From Candidatus Moraniibacteriota bacterium (GTDB lineage Bacteria > Patescibacteriota > Minisyncoccia > Moranbacterales > UBA1568): a DNA stretch of 64,000 bases. Under the pieces are notes generated by a model. The model did no database searches and was not told the DNA's origin. It saw only the letters and a program-made list of their open reading frames with translations. The stretch is from NCBI GenBank assembly GCA_013334575.1, contig JAAXXG010000004.1:18464-82463 (forward strand), in the 5' to 3' direction. Below are positions 27,592-37,791 of this stretch, in pieces (position 1 is the stretch's first letter; each line of letters begins with the position of its first letter). Position numbers and translations under genes: made by a program.

Positions 27592-27752
27592 AGGCTGCGA
27601 GGAGGCTCGAACATCCGGCTCCGTCTCGGACAACGAGGTGCCGTCAGGGCGGTCGAAGACGACATCTTCGTCATTCTTGGAAGCCGAGTGAATGGGAGTC
27701 TGGAATATGGGGAATACCGAATCTATTCTGTCCGTGATATACTGTCCCCGAA

Positions 27753-28322
27753 ATGAACGTACGACGTATGAACAAGGTTTTTCTCGCATTGGGGGCTGTG
27801 GCGTTCGGATTCGCGGTCTGGCTGCTCGTGGGAGCGCCGGGAGGGAGCAAAATAACGGATTCGCGATCGGAGGGCGACGCCGTCGAGGTGAAAACGGACA
27901 AGAGTGCGGGGTCGGGTCGCGACGCGTCGACTGTGTCGCAAGGGAGTCGGAAGGAACCGGTAAGCAGCGATAAGAACAAGACTATGACGGAAGTCACCGA
28001 ACTGAAGATCGAGAAGCTCGCGGACGGGACGGGAGACCGGATGACGAAGAAGGGAGATACGATCTCCGTCCATTACACTGGGACATTGACGGACGGGACG
28101 AAGTTCGATTCGAGTCTCGACCGTGGGACGCCGTTTTCCTTCACGGTCGGAGGGGGACAGGTCATCGCCGGATGGGACCAGGGACTTCTCGATATGAAGG
28201 TCGGTGAGAAGCGTCGGCTTACGATTCCCGCCTCGCTCGGGTACGGATCACGCGGAGCCGGAGGAGTCATCCCGCCGAATGCGACGCTTATCTTTGAGAC
28301 GGAGCTGGTCTCGATCAAATAG
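27753..28322 (+). CDS. FKBP-type peptidyl-prolyl cis-trans isomerase, membrane-anchored/secreted
   Basis: N-terminal hydrophobic segment. FKBP domain ([62 protein letters not shown]). Confidence 0.85.
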   Translation: MNVRRMNKVFLALGAVAFGFAVWLLVGAPGGSKITDSRSEGDAVEVKTDKSAGSGRDASTVSQGSRKEPVSSDKNKTMTEVTELKIEKLADGTGDRMTKKGDTISVHYTGTLTDGTKFDSSLDRGTPFSFTVGGGQVIAGWDQGLLDMKVGEKRRLTIPASLGYGSRGAGGVIPPNATLIFETELVSIK

Positions 28323-28436
28323 CCGGCTCTTCGGTTTTCGGTTTCCGACAGGAGGCGTGCGAACGCCTCCTTCCCGTTTCGCCCGATCCGAATCGACGTA
28401 TGATATACTGAACCGGTAGCGGTCGCCATTCCGGAA

Positions 28437-29597
28437 ATGCGTCGGATCTTTTTCTTCTGTTATCAGGTATTCCTCCACATCTTCGCCGCCGCGGGACTTG
28501 TTCTTGTGGGTGGCTTTTTTGCGGTGCGATTCCATCTGACGGACGTGAAGGGCGGAGTCGATCCGAGAAACGGGGAATACCAGCCGATCGTTCTTGGAAC
28601 CGAGACGGATCAGACGGTCGTCTCGTCCGGTTCGTCGGATTCGTTCGCGCAGCTCGATCGACGCCTTGCCGAATTGTCCCGGAAGCGCTCGCTTCGGGCA
28701 CGGAATCTCTGTGGTATAGGCATTCTCGGCGGCTATGCTCCGGCGAGCGCACGCTCCGTCCTCGGGGCGCTCGATATGACCGATTCGGATCAGGTTACCG
28801 CAAAGATGCTTCTTGCCGCGAAAATCCGCCTCGAGGAGTCCGGACATCCGGACCCGTTCGGGTCGTGCGACGACGGATCCGCGAACGTGTCCGATGAGTC
28901 CGTACTCCGTTCCTTGTATGGGAACGCTTCCGGGGCGAGCCTGTTTCCGTGGATGAACGACAAGGAATGGTCGACCATCCGTTCCGCCATCGTGAAGGAC
29001 CGTGAAGCGATCGATCGGGCCGCCGTCACAGCGGGCGTCGAGCCGCGCCTTCTTGTCTCCTGTGCCATCGTCGAGCAGTTGCGGCTGTTCCATTCGCAAC
29101 GGGAGCTTTTCGAGAAGGTCTTCGAGCCGCTCAAGATCCTCGGGAACGCGAATAAGATCTCACTCGGCGTGATGGGTATCAAGGATGCCGCGGCCGCGGA
29201 GACGGAGGCTCATCTTTCCGATCCGTCGTCGCCGTATTATCTCGGTCCGGAATATCGGAACCTGCTCGACTATCCCGCCGGGGCGGACGTTTCCTCGGCG
29301 CGGTATGCGCGGCTCACGGAGGATGGCGATCATTACTATTCTTACCTGTACGGCGCCCTGTATCTTCGGCAAATGCTCGAGCAATGGAAGAAAGCCGGAT
29401 ACGATATCGTCTATCGGCCGGAAATCGCCGTGACACTCTTCAATGTCGGGTTTCCGCAGTCGAAGCCGAACGCCGATCCGAAGGTGGGTGGGAGCTCGAT
29501 CTCGGTCGGTGACGCTTCGTACAGCTTCGGGTCGCTCGGCTACGAGTTCTACTACTCCGGAGAGCTTCTGGACGCGTTCCCGTACGTCGTGAACTAG
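28437..29597 (+). CDS. hypothetical membrane-anchored protein
   Basis: 386 aa. N-terminal TM helix. No recognisable family. Confidence 0.45.
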   Translation: MRRIFFFCYQVFLHIFAAAGLVLVGGFFAVRFHLTDVKGGVDPRNGEYQPIVLGTETDQTVVSSGSSDSFAQLDRRLAELSRKRSLRARNLCGIGILGGYAPASARSVLGALDMTDSDQVTAKMLLAAKIRLEESGHPDPFGSCDDGSANVSDESVLRSLYGNASGASLFPWMNDKEWSTIRSAIVKDREAIDRAAVTAGVEPRLLVSCAIVEQLRLFHSQRELFEKVFEPLKILGNANKISLGVMGIKDAAAAETEAHLSDPSSPYYLGPEYRNLLDYPAGADVSSARYARLTEDGDHYYSYLYGALYLRQMLEQWKKAGYDIVYRPEIAVTLFNVGFPQSKPNADPKVGGSSISVGDASYSFGSLGYEFYYSGELLDAFPYVVN

Positions 29598-29662
29598 CCG
29601 TATCCGCCCGAACGGAAGACGAGGCCCGTTCGCGGGCCTCGTCTTCCTTTTTCGTTCCGATA

Positions 29663-31408
29663 CTATGTGAGCGGGTCGGTTTCCTTCGCGAGCCGGGCGA
29701 CGAGGTCCGTGATTGTCAGTTCGCCGACTTTGCCATGATCGCGGCTCTCGAGCGTGACGGAGCCGTTCTCAGCCTCGCGCTTTCCGATTACCGCGAGGTA
29801 GGGAACCTTCGCGACCTTGCCGCTGCGGATCTTCTTGCCGAGGGATTCGTCGGAGAGATCGAGTTCGGCGCGGATGCCGACGGCGCGGAGTTCGGAAAGG
29901 ACATTCTTCGCCGACGCCGCTTCCGATTCCCCGATCGGAAGGATGCGGACCTGTTCCGGCGCGAGCCAGAAGGGGAACGCGCCGGCATAGTGCTCGATCA
30001 TGATGCCCATGAACCGCTCGAGCGATCCGGAAATGGCACGGTGGATGACGACCGGGCGCTCGGCTTCCCCTTGTTCGTTCGTGAAGGAAAGATCGAACCG
30101 TTCGGGCAGGTTGAAGTCGCACTGGATGGTCGCGAGTTGCCACTCCCGCCCGATGGCGTCTTTGAACATGAAGTCGAGTTTCGGCCCGTAGAATGCGGCT
30201 TCGCCTTCAACCCGTCGGTAGTTGAGGCCGTTCTCCATCGCCGCTCGTTCGAGCGCCGTCTCGGCGGCTTCCCATGCCTCGTCGGTACCGAGGTATTTCT
30301 CCTTTTCTCCATCGCGGACGGAGAGCGAGACCCAGTAGCCGTCCATCATGCCGAAGACCGTGTAGAAGGTCCGGATGATGCCGACGATCGTCGAGACCTC
30401 TTCCGCGATCTGTGAGACGCGGCAGAAGAGGTGACCGTCGTCCTGCGTGATGGCGCGGACGCGCGTAAGACCGCCGAGCTGACCGGATTTTTCATCGCGG
30501 TAGACGGTCGCCGGTTCGAAGTAACGCACCGGCATGTCCCGGTACGAGAACCGGTTGTCTGCGAAGATCTGCATGTGATGCGGGCAGTTCATCGGCTTCA
30601 TGATGAACTTCTCCTCCTTGCCGGAGACGCGGAAGAGCTCGTCGCCGAACTTGGATGCGTGTCCGGACGTTTCGTAGAGCGCCTCCTTGGCGATGTGCGG
30701 GGTCCAGACGCGGGAGTATCCGCGGTCCCGGTGCAGTCGCCAGAGGAGTGATTCGATCTCCTGTCGGATGATCATGCCCTTGGGCTGCATAAGGGGGAGT
30801 CCGGCGCCGACGAGCGGCGAGACGGTGAAAAGGCCGAGTTCCTTTCCGAGCTTGCGGTGGTCGCGTTTTTTCGCCTCTTCGAGCATGGCGAGATGGGTGT
30901 CGAGTTCAGTCTTCGAGAGGAAGGCATAGCCAGAGATGCGTACGAGCATCGGGTTCTTCTCGTCTCCGCGCCAGTAGGCGCCGGCAAGCCCCTTCATCGC
31001 GAAGGATTCCGGGTCGATATCGCCGGTCGTTCCGGCATGCGGTCCCGCGCACAGATCGACGAAATTCCCGGTCCGATAGACCGTGATTTCCTCGCCTCTC
31101 GCTTCCGCCTCGCTGACGATCTCGAGCTTGAAGGGGTTGTCCGCGAAGAGATGCCGCGCCTCATCCGCCGTGACGACGCTCCGTTCGAAGGGGGCGTTTT
31201 CGCGTATGATCGCGCGCATGCCGGCGACGATCCCGTCGAAGTCCTCCGGCGAGAAGGTGATTCCGTCGGAGAGGAGGACGTCGTAGAAGAATCCGTCGTC
31301 GGTCGCGGGACCGGTGCCGAGCTTCGCGTTCGGGTCGCGCTTCAGGATCGCCATCGCGAGGATGTGCGCGAGCGAATGGCGGACGGTTGCGATTTCGAGG
31401 TGTTTCAT
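29663..31408 (-). CDS. thrS: threonine--tRNA ligase
   Basis: 581 aa. Class II aaRS motifs (HRKLGKELGLF, FRVSGKEE...MKPMNCPHH, anticodon-binding C-terminus). Confidence 0.9.
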   Translation of the reverse strand: MKHLEIATVRHSLAHILAMAILKRDPNAKLGTGPATDDGFFYDVLLSDGITFSPEDFDGIVAGMRAIIRENAPFERSVVTADEARHLFADNPFKLEIVSEAEARGEEITVYRTGNFVDLCAGPHAGTTGDIDPESFAMKGLAGAYWRGDEKNPMLVRISGYAFLSKTELDTHLAMLEEAKKRDHRKLGKELGLFTVSPLVGAGLPLMQPKGMIIRQEIESLLWRLHRDRGYSRVWTPHIAKEALYETSGHASKFGDELFRVSGKEEKFIMKPMNCPHHMQIFADNRFSYRDMPVRYFEPATVYRDEKSGQLGGLTRVRAITQDDGHLFCRVSQIAEEVSTIVGIIRTFYTVFGMMDGYWVSLSVRDGEKEKYLGTDEAWEAAETALERAAMENGLNYRRVEGEAAFYGPKLDFMFKDAIGREWQLATIQCDFNLPERFDLSFTNEQGEAERPVVIHRAISGSLERFMGIMIEHYAGAFPFWLAPEQVRILPIGESEAASAKNVLSELRAVGIRAELDLSDESLGKKIRSGKVAKVPYLAVIGKREAENGSVTLESRDHGKVGELTITDLVARLAKETDPLT

Positions 31409-31668
31409 AGCTCTTCTTCCGTTATGACCCGTATCCCGTTCTTTCTGAACAGTTCTCCGGTTATCCCGTCCCGACCGGTAAGCGTTCCGGAGAACGTGCC
31501 ATCGTACGTCTTTCCGAATCCGCAGGAAGGGGAATTCGCCTTGAGAATCGCTTCACCCTTCCGTATCAGTTCCACGATATCCGCGCAGGGTTTCGATGTC
31601 CCGTCCCAACGAGACATCCTATTCCGGCGAGGCATGCGCTGACGATCTTCATAGGGGTGGAATCGCAT
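31405..31668 (-). CDS. DUF523 (TudS/2-thiouracil desulfurase-like) fragment, possibly truncated
   Basis: 87 aa containing the DUF523 C-terminal signature AILKANSPSCGFG. Stop overlaps the thrS start (ATGA). Shorter than full-length family members. Confidence 0.35.
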   Translation of the reverse strand: MRFHPYEDRQRMPRRNRMSRWDGTSKPCADIVELIRKGEAILKANSPSCGFGKTYDGTFSGTLTGRDGITGELFRKNGIRVITEEEL

Positions 31669-31781
31669 GATATCTCGAGCGTAGCATCCATCGGGAGAAG
31701 TATCAACCGTCGGCCGGAAAAACGATACCGGCCCATCGGACGGACCGATAGGCCGGAAATCGGTTCCGTCGATACCCTTTT

Positions 31782-33197
31782 CTATCGTTTTTCATCGGTG
31801 GTCCGGAAGGAGAGGCGAAGGTCCTTTCGGAGATCCGCGGTCTGCACGTACTCCTTGTCCTTGGCCTTTACGGTGACCTTGACCGGGATCGTGCCCGTTC
31901 CGGACTGCTTCTGGATGAGGAGTTCGTAATTCTCCGCCGTGACCGTCGAGGGGAGGGTATAACTGATGGAGGTCGGCAGCGTCTGGCCGATCAGGCAGTC
32001 CACCTTGTATCCGAAGACCGATTTGTTCCAGTCGGCGGAATCGGCCGACGAGACGCCGCCCGTCTTCTGTCGGCTGTTCTCGACGTAGACGGATCCCTTC
32101 GGCGCGATGACGCGCGCATAGGAGTGATAGTCGCTGGTCCGCCAGTCTCCGTGCGTCGCGGTGTGGTCGTACGTGTAGGTCACCGTCGCGGTCGGTTTTT
32201 CCACGGTAAAGTCTACGACATAGTCGAGTGACCGTTTCACATAGTAGTCGCTTTTGAGCGCTCCTACATTGGCATCGACCACCATGAGATAGTCCTTGGT
32301 CCAGTCCTTTTCCACTTCGCCGTCCCAGTGAACCGCCTCGACCTGCTTCTGAAGGGCCTCATCCTTGAAATACAGCTGTACGTTCTTGTTACGGAGCTCC
32401 TCGAGGCCGAGGTCGGTAAGCTTCTTCAGGTCGCCGATGCCGGATACGTGCGAAACGATCTCGGCGGCAAGCTTCTTCATGACGTTCTTGCGGGCCTGCT
32501 TGAGTTCAGCCGGGACGTCGTCGCCGAGGTAGGCCTTCTCGACATCCTCTTCCAGGTCTATGGCACCGCCGTCTTTCGAGTAGGTGCCGAACCCCGGTAT
32601 GGTGATGGGTCCGGTTACGCCGAGCACGTCGTTCAGGACGTCGGCGTTCACCGCGATGGCACCCTCGAATTTCTCGTATCCGCCGCCGAGACGGTAGAAG
32701 TACTCGGCCTTGGCGACGTTTTCGGGGAAGCTCGGGCTCCAGTTGGAATCGCGGAACTTCCATTTCTTGATCTGCATGTATCGCGTAAGGGGATACGGCG
32801 GGGTGATCTTGGCCGTGATGCGCTGGTCGAGCAGGTTGGCATCCTCGACCGAGAACGAGACGATCTTCCCGTCCTTCACCTTGAGCACGCCGTACTGACC
32901 GAGAAATCCGCCGCCCGGTCGGAGCTCGTAGTTGTTCTGGAGCATCACGAGGAGCGTGTGGGTAACACCGTCCTGCTTCGTGAAGGTCGAGACGAGAGAG
33001 TCCACGGTCGCGATCTCCTGTTTGGTATCCGCCTCGATCGGCAGGAGTTTGGTCACTTTCGTGAGGAGGGAGAGTCCTCCGACCGCGAATTCCTGCTTGT
33101 GGCTCTTCGCATACGAGTAGAGGAACCAGCCCCCGACGATCAATACGAGAACGACGAGGATCGCGATGACGCGTCCCTTGGTGAGAAATCGGTTCAT
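31782..33197 (-). CDS. DUF4012 domain-containing membrane-anchored protein
   Basis: 471 aa. N-terminal TM. Hallmark MLQNNYELRPGGGFLGQYGVLKVKDGKI, matching the DUF4012 NNAELRPTGGFIG motif. Confidence 0.7.
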   Translation of the reverse strand: MNRFLTKGRVIAILVVLVLIVGGWFLYSYAKSHKQEFAVGGLSLLTKVTKLLPIEADTKQEIATVDSLVSTFTKQDGVTHTLLVMLQNNYELRPGGGFLGQYGVLKVKDGKIVSFSVEDANLLDQRITAKITPPYPLTRYMQIKKWKFRDSNWSPSFPENVAKAEYFYRLGGGYEKFEGAIAVNADVLNDVLGVTGPITIPGFGTYSKDGGAIDLEEDVEKAYLGDDVPAELKQARKNVMKKLAAEIVSHVSGIGDLKKLTDLGLEELRNKNVQLYFKDEALQKQVEAVHWDGEVEKDWTKDYLMVVDANVGALKSDYYVKRSLDYVVDFTVEKPTATVTYTYDHTATHGDWRTSDYHSYARVIAPKGSVYVENSRQKTGGVSSADSADWNKSVFGYKVDCLIGQTLPTSISYTLPSTVTAENYELLIQKQSGTGTIPVKVTVKAKDKEYVQTADLRKDLRLSFRTTDEKR

Positions 33198-33354
33198 GAC
33201 GTTTCGGCAGTATGTTACCGGGTCATTCTATCACGGCGGGCCGTCCGTCGGAAGCGGGCCGGCGTCTCCTTGGCCGGAGAAGAGGCTCCCTTTACAGTAC
33301 GTTCTCGCGTGCTACAATATTTCCGAACTGCCGGAACGCGTGGTTCCGGGCAAG

Positions 33355-33425
33355 GCGGGTATAGTACAATGGTAGTACACTAGCTTCCCAAGCTAGGGAC
33401 ACGGGTTCGATTCCCGTTACCCGCT
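33355..33425 (+). tRNA. tRNA-Gly (anticodon CCC)
   Basis: GCGGGTA/TACCCGC acceptor. D-arm GTAC-AATGGTA-GTAC. Anticodon stem CTAGC/GCTAG with loop TTCCCAA. T-arm ACGGG-TTCGATT-CCCGT. Confidence 0.85.
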
Positions 33426-33452
33426 CAGAAAAAATGTTCACTCGTACGTCTT

Positions 33453-33791
33453 ATGGAACAGTGTAAGGACAAGATTCTCCTGGTCGTTCGAGGGGTATCG
33501 TCCGATGATGACTGTCGGATGTGGGAGGATATCCTCGGGTATGTGCCGGACGAGGCGTGTGCCGATATCCTTCGGTTTCTTGAAGAGGATCCGAAGAATA
33601 TCGCGTCGCTTTCCGCGCGCCTGCGTCGGAAGATCATGGCGGTCGTGAATCTTGACGAGGAGGCATGGGACGCCGCTCTTAAGGAGGATGTCGAATATCT
33701 TCGTTCGATGATTCCTTCGGATCTTCTGGACGAGGCGGATCGCCGTCTGTCAGAGACGGGGGAAGTCGTCAGTCAGGCGCCCGAAGCGTAA
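33453..33791 (+). CDS. hypothetical protein
   Basis: 112-aa acidic ORF immediately downstream of tRNA-Gly(CCC). Confidence 0.35.
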   Translation: MEQCKDKILLVVRGVSSDDDCRMWEDILGYVPDEACADILRFLEEDPKNIASLSARLRRKIMAVVNLDEEAWDAALKEDVEYLRSMIPSDLLDEADRRLSETGEVVSQAPEA

Positions 33792-33827
33792 CACGGACGG
33801 CGATTTAAACCGCAGCAAGTCTTCATT

Positions 33828-34316
33828 ATGGGAATGGAATCGCATACGTCGGCAGGTGCAGAATCGGAGGCGAAGAATCGAGAATCGGATCGCGAAAGCG
33901 AGCTGTCGCATGAACCGGAGAAGTTCCGCACAGTTTTGCTGGTAACGGCTCCTTTGGCTGCTGCGACACTCCAGTACGTGAGCGCGCTTTTTGAGCAGCG
34001 GAAGCAGAAGGGGACTGTTGATTATAAGGAGGCTCTCATGAATCCGGAAGTGCTTACTCGCATGAAGGATTCCGGCCTCAAGACCTATGATGCAATGGGT
34101 GCCTTGGAAGGGGTTGTCGAGGAGCAACGGTTCGATCGATTTGAGACAGGGATGCGGGAAAGGATCGACGCGGCCGGTTCCGAAGAGGAGAAAGAGAGGC
34201 TTCTGAACGAGCTGAAACAGCTGAAAACCCGTAGAGATAAGGAGCAGGATGATGCGAAAAAGAGAAAAGAAGCAACAGGAAATCTTTTGAGAGCGCTGTT
34301 CGGAGTTCAGAAATAG
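33828..34316 (+). CDS. hypothetical protein (charged, coiled-coil-prone C-terminus)
   Basis: 162-aa ORF. Confidence 0.35.
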   Translation: MGMESHTSAGAESEAKNRESDRESELSHEPEKFRTVLLVTAPLAAATLQYVSALFEQRKQKGTVDYKEALMNPEVLTRMKDSGLKTYDAMGALEGVVEEQRFDRFETGMRERIDAAGSEEEKERLLNELKQLKTRRDKEQDDAKKRKEATGNLLRALFGVQK

Positions 34317-34423
34317 GCGACATCATTTCTCTTGCCCGCGGATCGACTCCGCGGGCTTTTCGTATCCGCAGAATTGCATGTTATGGCTTTATTAAGAGAT
34401 TTTTCGTTCTTTTTTAGAATGAT

Positions 34424-34458
34424 ATTGACATATTTTAAATTTTGATATATAATATAAA
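34424..34458 (+). promoter_or_regulatory. near-consensus sigma70 promoter
   Basis: TTGACA, then 17 bp, then TATAAT (ttgacatattttaaattttgatatataat) in an AT-rich stretch about 40 bp upstream of ATG 34498. Confidence 0.5.
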
Positions 34459-34497
34459 AACAAATAAAGACAACGAAAACTTAGACACTTAAAAAAG

Positions 34498-34809
34498 ATG
34501 ATCATAAAAGACATTAACGATGGAGCGACCGCCTTTTGGTCTTTCCTGAAGAAGCTTTTCGTGGCCGTTCTGTTGGCTGAGTTTGTGGTGGTGTGTCTGG
34601 CCGCCGCAATAAAATCAGGCAAGATCGCTTTCGTGGCGTACGTTGCGTATGCCGTGATAGAGGGGATTGATCCCTTCTTGCCAGTTTCTTCATTCCCGCT
34701 AGTAGGAGGTTTCTTCCTCTTGGCGGGGGTGGCGTGCCTTATCGTCGCCATCCTGGCGGTCGTGAAGGCAGTCAAAATTATTTTCGGGAGAGACTCGACA
34801 GGAGATTAA
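34498..34809 (+). CDS. small two-TM membrane protein, hypothetical
   Basis: 103 aa. Helices LFVAVLLAEFVVVCLAAAI and LVGGFFLLAGVACLIVAILAVV. Lower GC than the surroundings. Confidence 0.45.
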   Translation: MIIKDINDGATAFWSFLKKLFVAVLLAEFVVVCLAAAIKSGKIAFVAYVAYAVIEGIDPFLPVSSFPLVGGFFLLAGVACLIVAILAVVKAVKIIFGRDSTGD

Positions 34810-34832
34810 GTCTCTTCAAAAAAATTGGAGTC

Positions 34833-34867
34833 ACCTTCGTGCTTGTGTGCGAAGGTGATTTTTTTGG
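34833..34867 (+). terminator. rho-independent terminator
   Basis: GTCACCTTCGTGCTTGTGTGCGAAGGTGA followed by TTTTTTT. Confidence 0.55.
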
Positions 34868-34963
34868 TGCGCGAGCCTTACTCCGGATTGACCGAAGTTT
34901 CCTTATCGAATAAGTGATGTATCCTGGTCGTGAATGGTTATGGACCGTCGAGGATAAAAACTC

Positions 34964-35470
34964 TTGACGGAATCTTCCGGGAACGATAGAACGGGGACAT
35001 ATCATGAACCCTTAAAACAGATCGGCTATGTACTTTTATCAGAAACCGGAAGGATTCGATCCGAAGTTCGAGATCGTCGCTTGCTGGCTCATGCGATCCG
35101 ATGGTCGCCTCGCTCTCCTTCTCGGCAACCATGGAAACCCGAGGGGAATACGTGGGGTGTGCCTGCCGGGAAGGTCGAAGAAGGGGAGGTGCCGATTGTC
35201 GCCATGATGCGTGAGCTTTCCGAAGAGGCGGGATTCGTCGCGCTTTCCAGGGATGCTATCGGTTTCGAACGCACGCTGTATGTGCGATATCCGGACTACG
35301 AGTTCGTCTATCACATGTTCCGTACCGATGCCCCGGACGGATTTGAGACGGTGATCAATCCGGAAGAGCATCAGGGCTTCCGTTGGGTCACGCCGGAAGA
35401 AGCGCTCACGATGCCACTCATTCCGGAACTTGATTCCTGCATCAGGATTTCCTTTCTCGGAGGCGAATAA
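34964..35470 (+). CDS. NUDIX hydrolase
   Basis: Nudix box GKVEEGEVPIVAMMRELSEEAGF (GX5EX7REUXEEXGU pattern). Confidence 0.8.
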   Translation: MTESSGNDRTGTYHEPLKQIGYVLLSETGRIRSEVRDRRLLAHAIRWSPRSPSRQPWKPEGNTWGVPAGKVEEGEVPIVAMMRELSEEAGFVALSRDAIGFERTLYVRYPDYEFVYHMFRTDAPDGFETVINPEEHQGFRWVTPEEALTMPLIPELDSCIRISFLGGE

Positions 35471-35675
35471 TCCGAAAGCGGTACGTACATCCGTGCCGCT
35501 TTCAACGTTTTGACGCGCCCTTACGTCGTTCCGGCCCGCCTCTTGTCGTTGATGGCAGTCGGCACTTTACGGCGGTCCGAAAAGGTGCTATACTGTAACT
35601 GTCGTGAAAGACGGGTGTGCCGCGAGTGCGCCCGTCTTTTCCGTTGTCGGGGTAAAAAGTAACAGGAATATCGGT

Positions 35676-36776
35676 ATGATTCAGGCGAGTATTTTCCCGG
35701 GACGGTATGTCCAGGGCGCTGGGGCCCTGTCGAGGCTCGGCAAGGAGTCGGCCCGGTTCGGTAAGAAGGCGTTCGCGATCTGTGATCCCTACGCGTTCGA
35801 GCATATCGTGCCCGGATACGAGGCGGACATCCGCAAGGAGGTCGAGATCGCGTTCGAGAAGTTCAACGGGGAGTGCAGCGACAAGGAGATCGGTCGCGTC
35901 ACCGGGCTCGTGAAGGAGTCGGGGAGTTCCGTGGTGATCGCGATCGGCGGAGGCAAGACGATCGATACCGCCAAGGCGGTCGCCCACGCGCTGTCGCTTC
36001 CGGTCATCATCGCGCCGACCATCGCCTCGACCGACGCGCCGTGCAGTGCGCTGTCGGTCATCTATACCGACGAGGGCGCCGTCGACCGTTATCTCTTCCT
36101 GCCGGCGAACCCGAACGTCGTCCTCGTGGACACCTCGGTCATCGCCAAGGCGCCGGTGCGGTTCCTCGTGTCGGGCATGGGCGATGCGCTCTCGACCTGG
36201 CTCGAGGCCAAGTCGTGTCAGACGAAATATGCGAACAATTTCGCGGGCGAGAAGGGGAGCATGACCGCGTATGCCCTCGCCGAGCTCTGTTTCGATACCC
36301 TGCTCGAGTTCGGCGTCGCCGCGAAGGTCTCGAACGAGACGGGGACCGTCACGCCCGCCTTCGAGAAGGTCGTCGAGGCGAATACGCTCCTCTCCGGTCT
36401 CGGATTCGAGAGCGGCGGTATCGCCTCGTGCCATGCCGTACATAACGGACTCACCGTCCTCGAGCCGACGCACGCGTACTATCACGGCGAGAAGGTTTCG
36501 ATCGGTGTCGTCACTTCGCTCTTCCTGACCGACAAGCCCGCCGATTTCATCGACGACGTCTACGACTTCTGCGAGTCGGTCGGCCTTCCGACGACGCTTG
36601 CTCAGGTCGGACTCGCGGACGTGTCCGACGAGGATCTCATGAAGGTCGCGGTCCGGGCCTGTGCGGAGGGCGAGACCATCTATAACGAACTCGTGCCGGT
36701 CACGCCGGAGTCGGTCTTCAACGCCATCAAGGCGGCGGATGCCTACGGCCGGGCGCGCAAGTCGGGAGAGGTGTAA
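35676..36776 (+). CDS. gldA: glycerol dehydrogenase (iron-containing alcohol dehydrogenase family)
   Basis: Start refined to ATG 35676 (MIQASIFPGRYVQGAGAL). GGGKTIDTAKAVAH. Metal-binding His/Asp blocks. Confidence 0.85.
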   Translation: MIQASIFPGRYVQGAGALSRLGKESARFGKKAFAICDPYAFEHIVPGYEADIRKEVEIAFEKFNGECSDKEIGRVTGLVKESGSSVVIAIGGGKTIDTAKAVAHALSLPVIIAPTIASTDAPCSALSVIYTDEGAVDRYLFLPANPNVVLVDTSVIAKAPVRFLVSGMGDALSTWLEAKSCQTKYANNFAGEKGSMTAYALAELCFDTLLEFGVAAKVSNETGTVTPAFEKVVEANTLLSGLGFESGGIASCHAVHNGLTVLEPTHAYYHGEKVSIGVVTSLFLTDKPADFIDDVYDFCESVGLPTTLAQVGLADVSDEDLMKVAVRACAEGETIYNELVPVTPESVFNAIKAADAYGRARKSGEV

Positions 36777-36796
36777 TCGACCGTTTCGATTGCCGT

Positions 36797-36826
36797 CGAG
36801 AAACGGGGCCCGTACGGGTCCCGTTT
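36797..36826 (+). terminator. terminator-like hairpin after gldA
   Basis: GAAACGGGGCCCGTACGGGTCCCGTTTC. Confidence 0.4.
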
Positions 36827-37028
36827 CTGTCTGTCTTCGCGAGGAGTCTTCGGCATGGCGGGCAAGGATTCGGAATTTCTCGATTACTACCGCATGCATC
36901 CGGTATTATAGGGAGCAAGATATTCGTGATGAGGCCTTTCGTCATTGACAATGGCGGCTGCTTCCACTAGTGTCGTGGCAAGGAGTTTCAATGCGAGTCA
37001 CTTAAAACTATCTGGACCGGAGGAAACA

Positions 37029-37502
37029 ATGAGCATACGAAATAGAAGGGAAGGGAAAACGAACCTTGATTTTCTTCGCATCATCGTTGTTATCGTGGCA
37101 CTGTTCTACCTTCTCTATTTTATCTTACGGGTACAGTATTTCAATCATGAGACCGCTCAGAGACTCATGACGGAGATACCGCGGGAGCAGGTAATGAAAA
37201 AGGGCGACAGCTTCTATCGATTCGATTTTTTGGCGGTTCACACCGACGGAACACTCAAGGAAATACGACTTGTCCCACATACGACGGTCGGCAGTTCATG
37301 GCGCTTGGATTATGTCGCGACCTTGGGCTACCAAGATCCCCATTCCCTTGAGAATCGTCTGACAGCTGAGATAGACGAAAGGACCATCCCGATAAAAGGG
37401 ACAAAGTGCTTTCGTGGGACTGGAACGGTTGAGTTGCATGACGGGAAAGCTCTCTGGACGAATATCCATCTTATTCCCGGTACGACGTTTCCGATTCAAT
37501 AA
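37029..37502 (+). CDS. hypothetical membrane-anchored protein, paralog A
   Basis: ATG 37029 with GGAGG SD. One TM. C-terminal block IPIKGTKCFRGTGTVELHDGKALWTNIHLIPG, shared with the 38364-38858 product. Confidence 0.5.
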   Translation: MSIRNRREGKTNLDFLRIIVVIVALFYLLYFILRVQYFNHETAQRLMTEIPREQVMKKGDSFYRFDFLAVHTDGTLKEIRLVPHTTVGSSWRLDYVATLGYQDPHSLENRLTAEIDERTIPIKGTKCFRGTGTVELHDGKALWTNIHLIPGTTFPIQ

Positions 37503-37527
37503 CGATCGTTTGCGGGAACAGTGAAAG

Positions 37528-37617
37528 CGACCGGGAATATCCCAGTCGCTTTTCTCTTTTCATGGTACGAGTCAGGTTGTTCCCGTCACGAACGCGTTGA
37601 GCGTCGGGAGAGGCGTA
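37528..37617 (+). repeat. terminator hairpin plus trailing sequence, duplicated at 39050-39140
   Basis: GCGACCGGGAATATCCCAGTCGC followed by TTTTCTCTTTTCATGGTACGAGTCAGGTTGTTCCCGTCACGAACGCGTTGA. The second copy is about 85% identical. Confidence 0.6.
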
Positions 37618-37791
37618 GGGTAGCTTAATATCAAAATATTAGCGAAAATGGATTCGTATGACTCCATTTTTCAAATTTGAAGCCTTGTTTTTCATCTGTA
37701 GAAGTAAGTTAATTCGGGCGGTTGACAGCGGCGTGTTCTAGTGGTAGCGTGCCTGTGCTTAACAATTTTTCAACCAAAAGACTTTGAAATC

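Noticed and set aside
27454-27789. Short ORFs inside the tRNA-Gly tandem repeat
   Set aside because: They read through repeated non-coding sequence and terminator hairpins. No SD or coding signal.
35502-36899. 465-aa minus-strand ORF
   Set aside because: Antisense to gldA.
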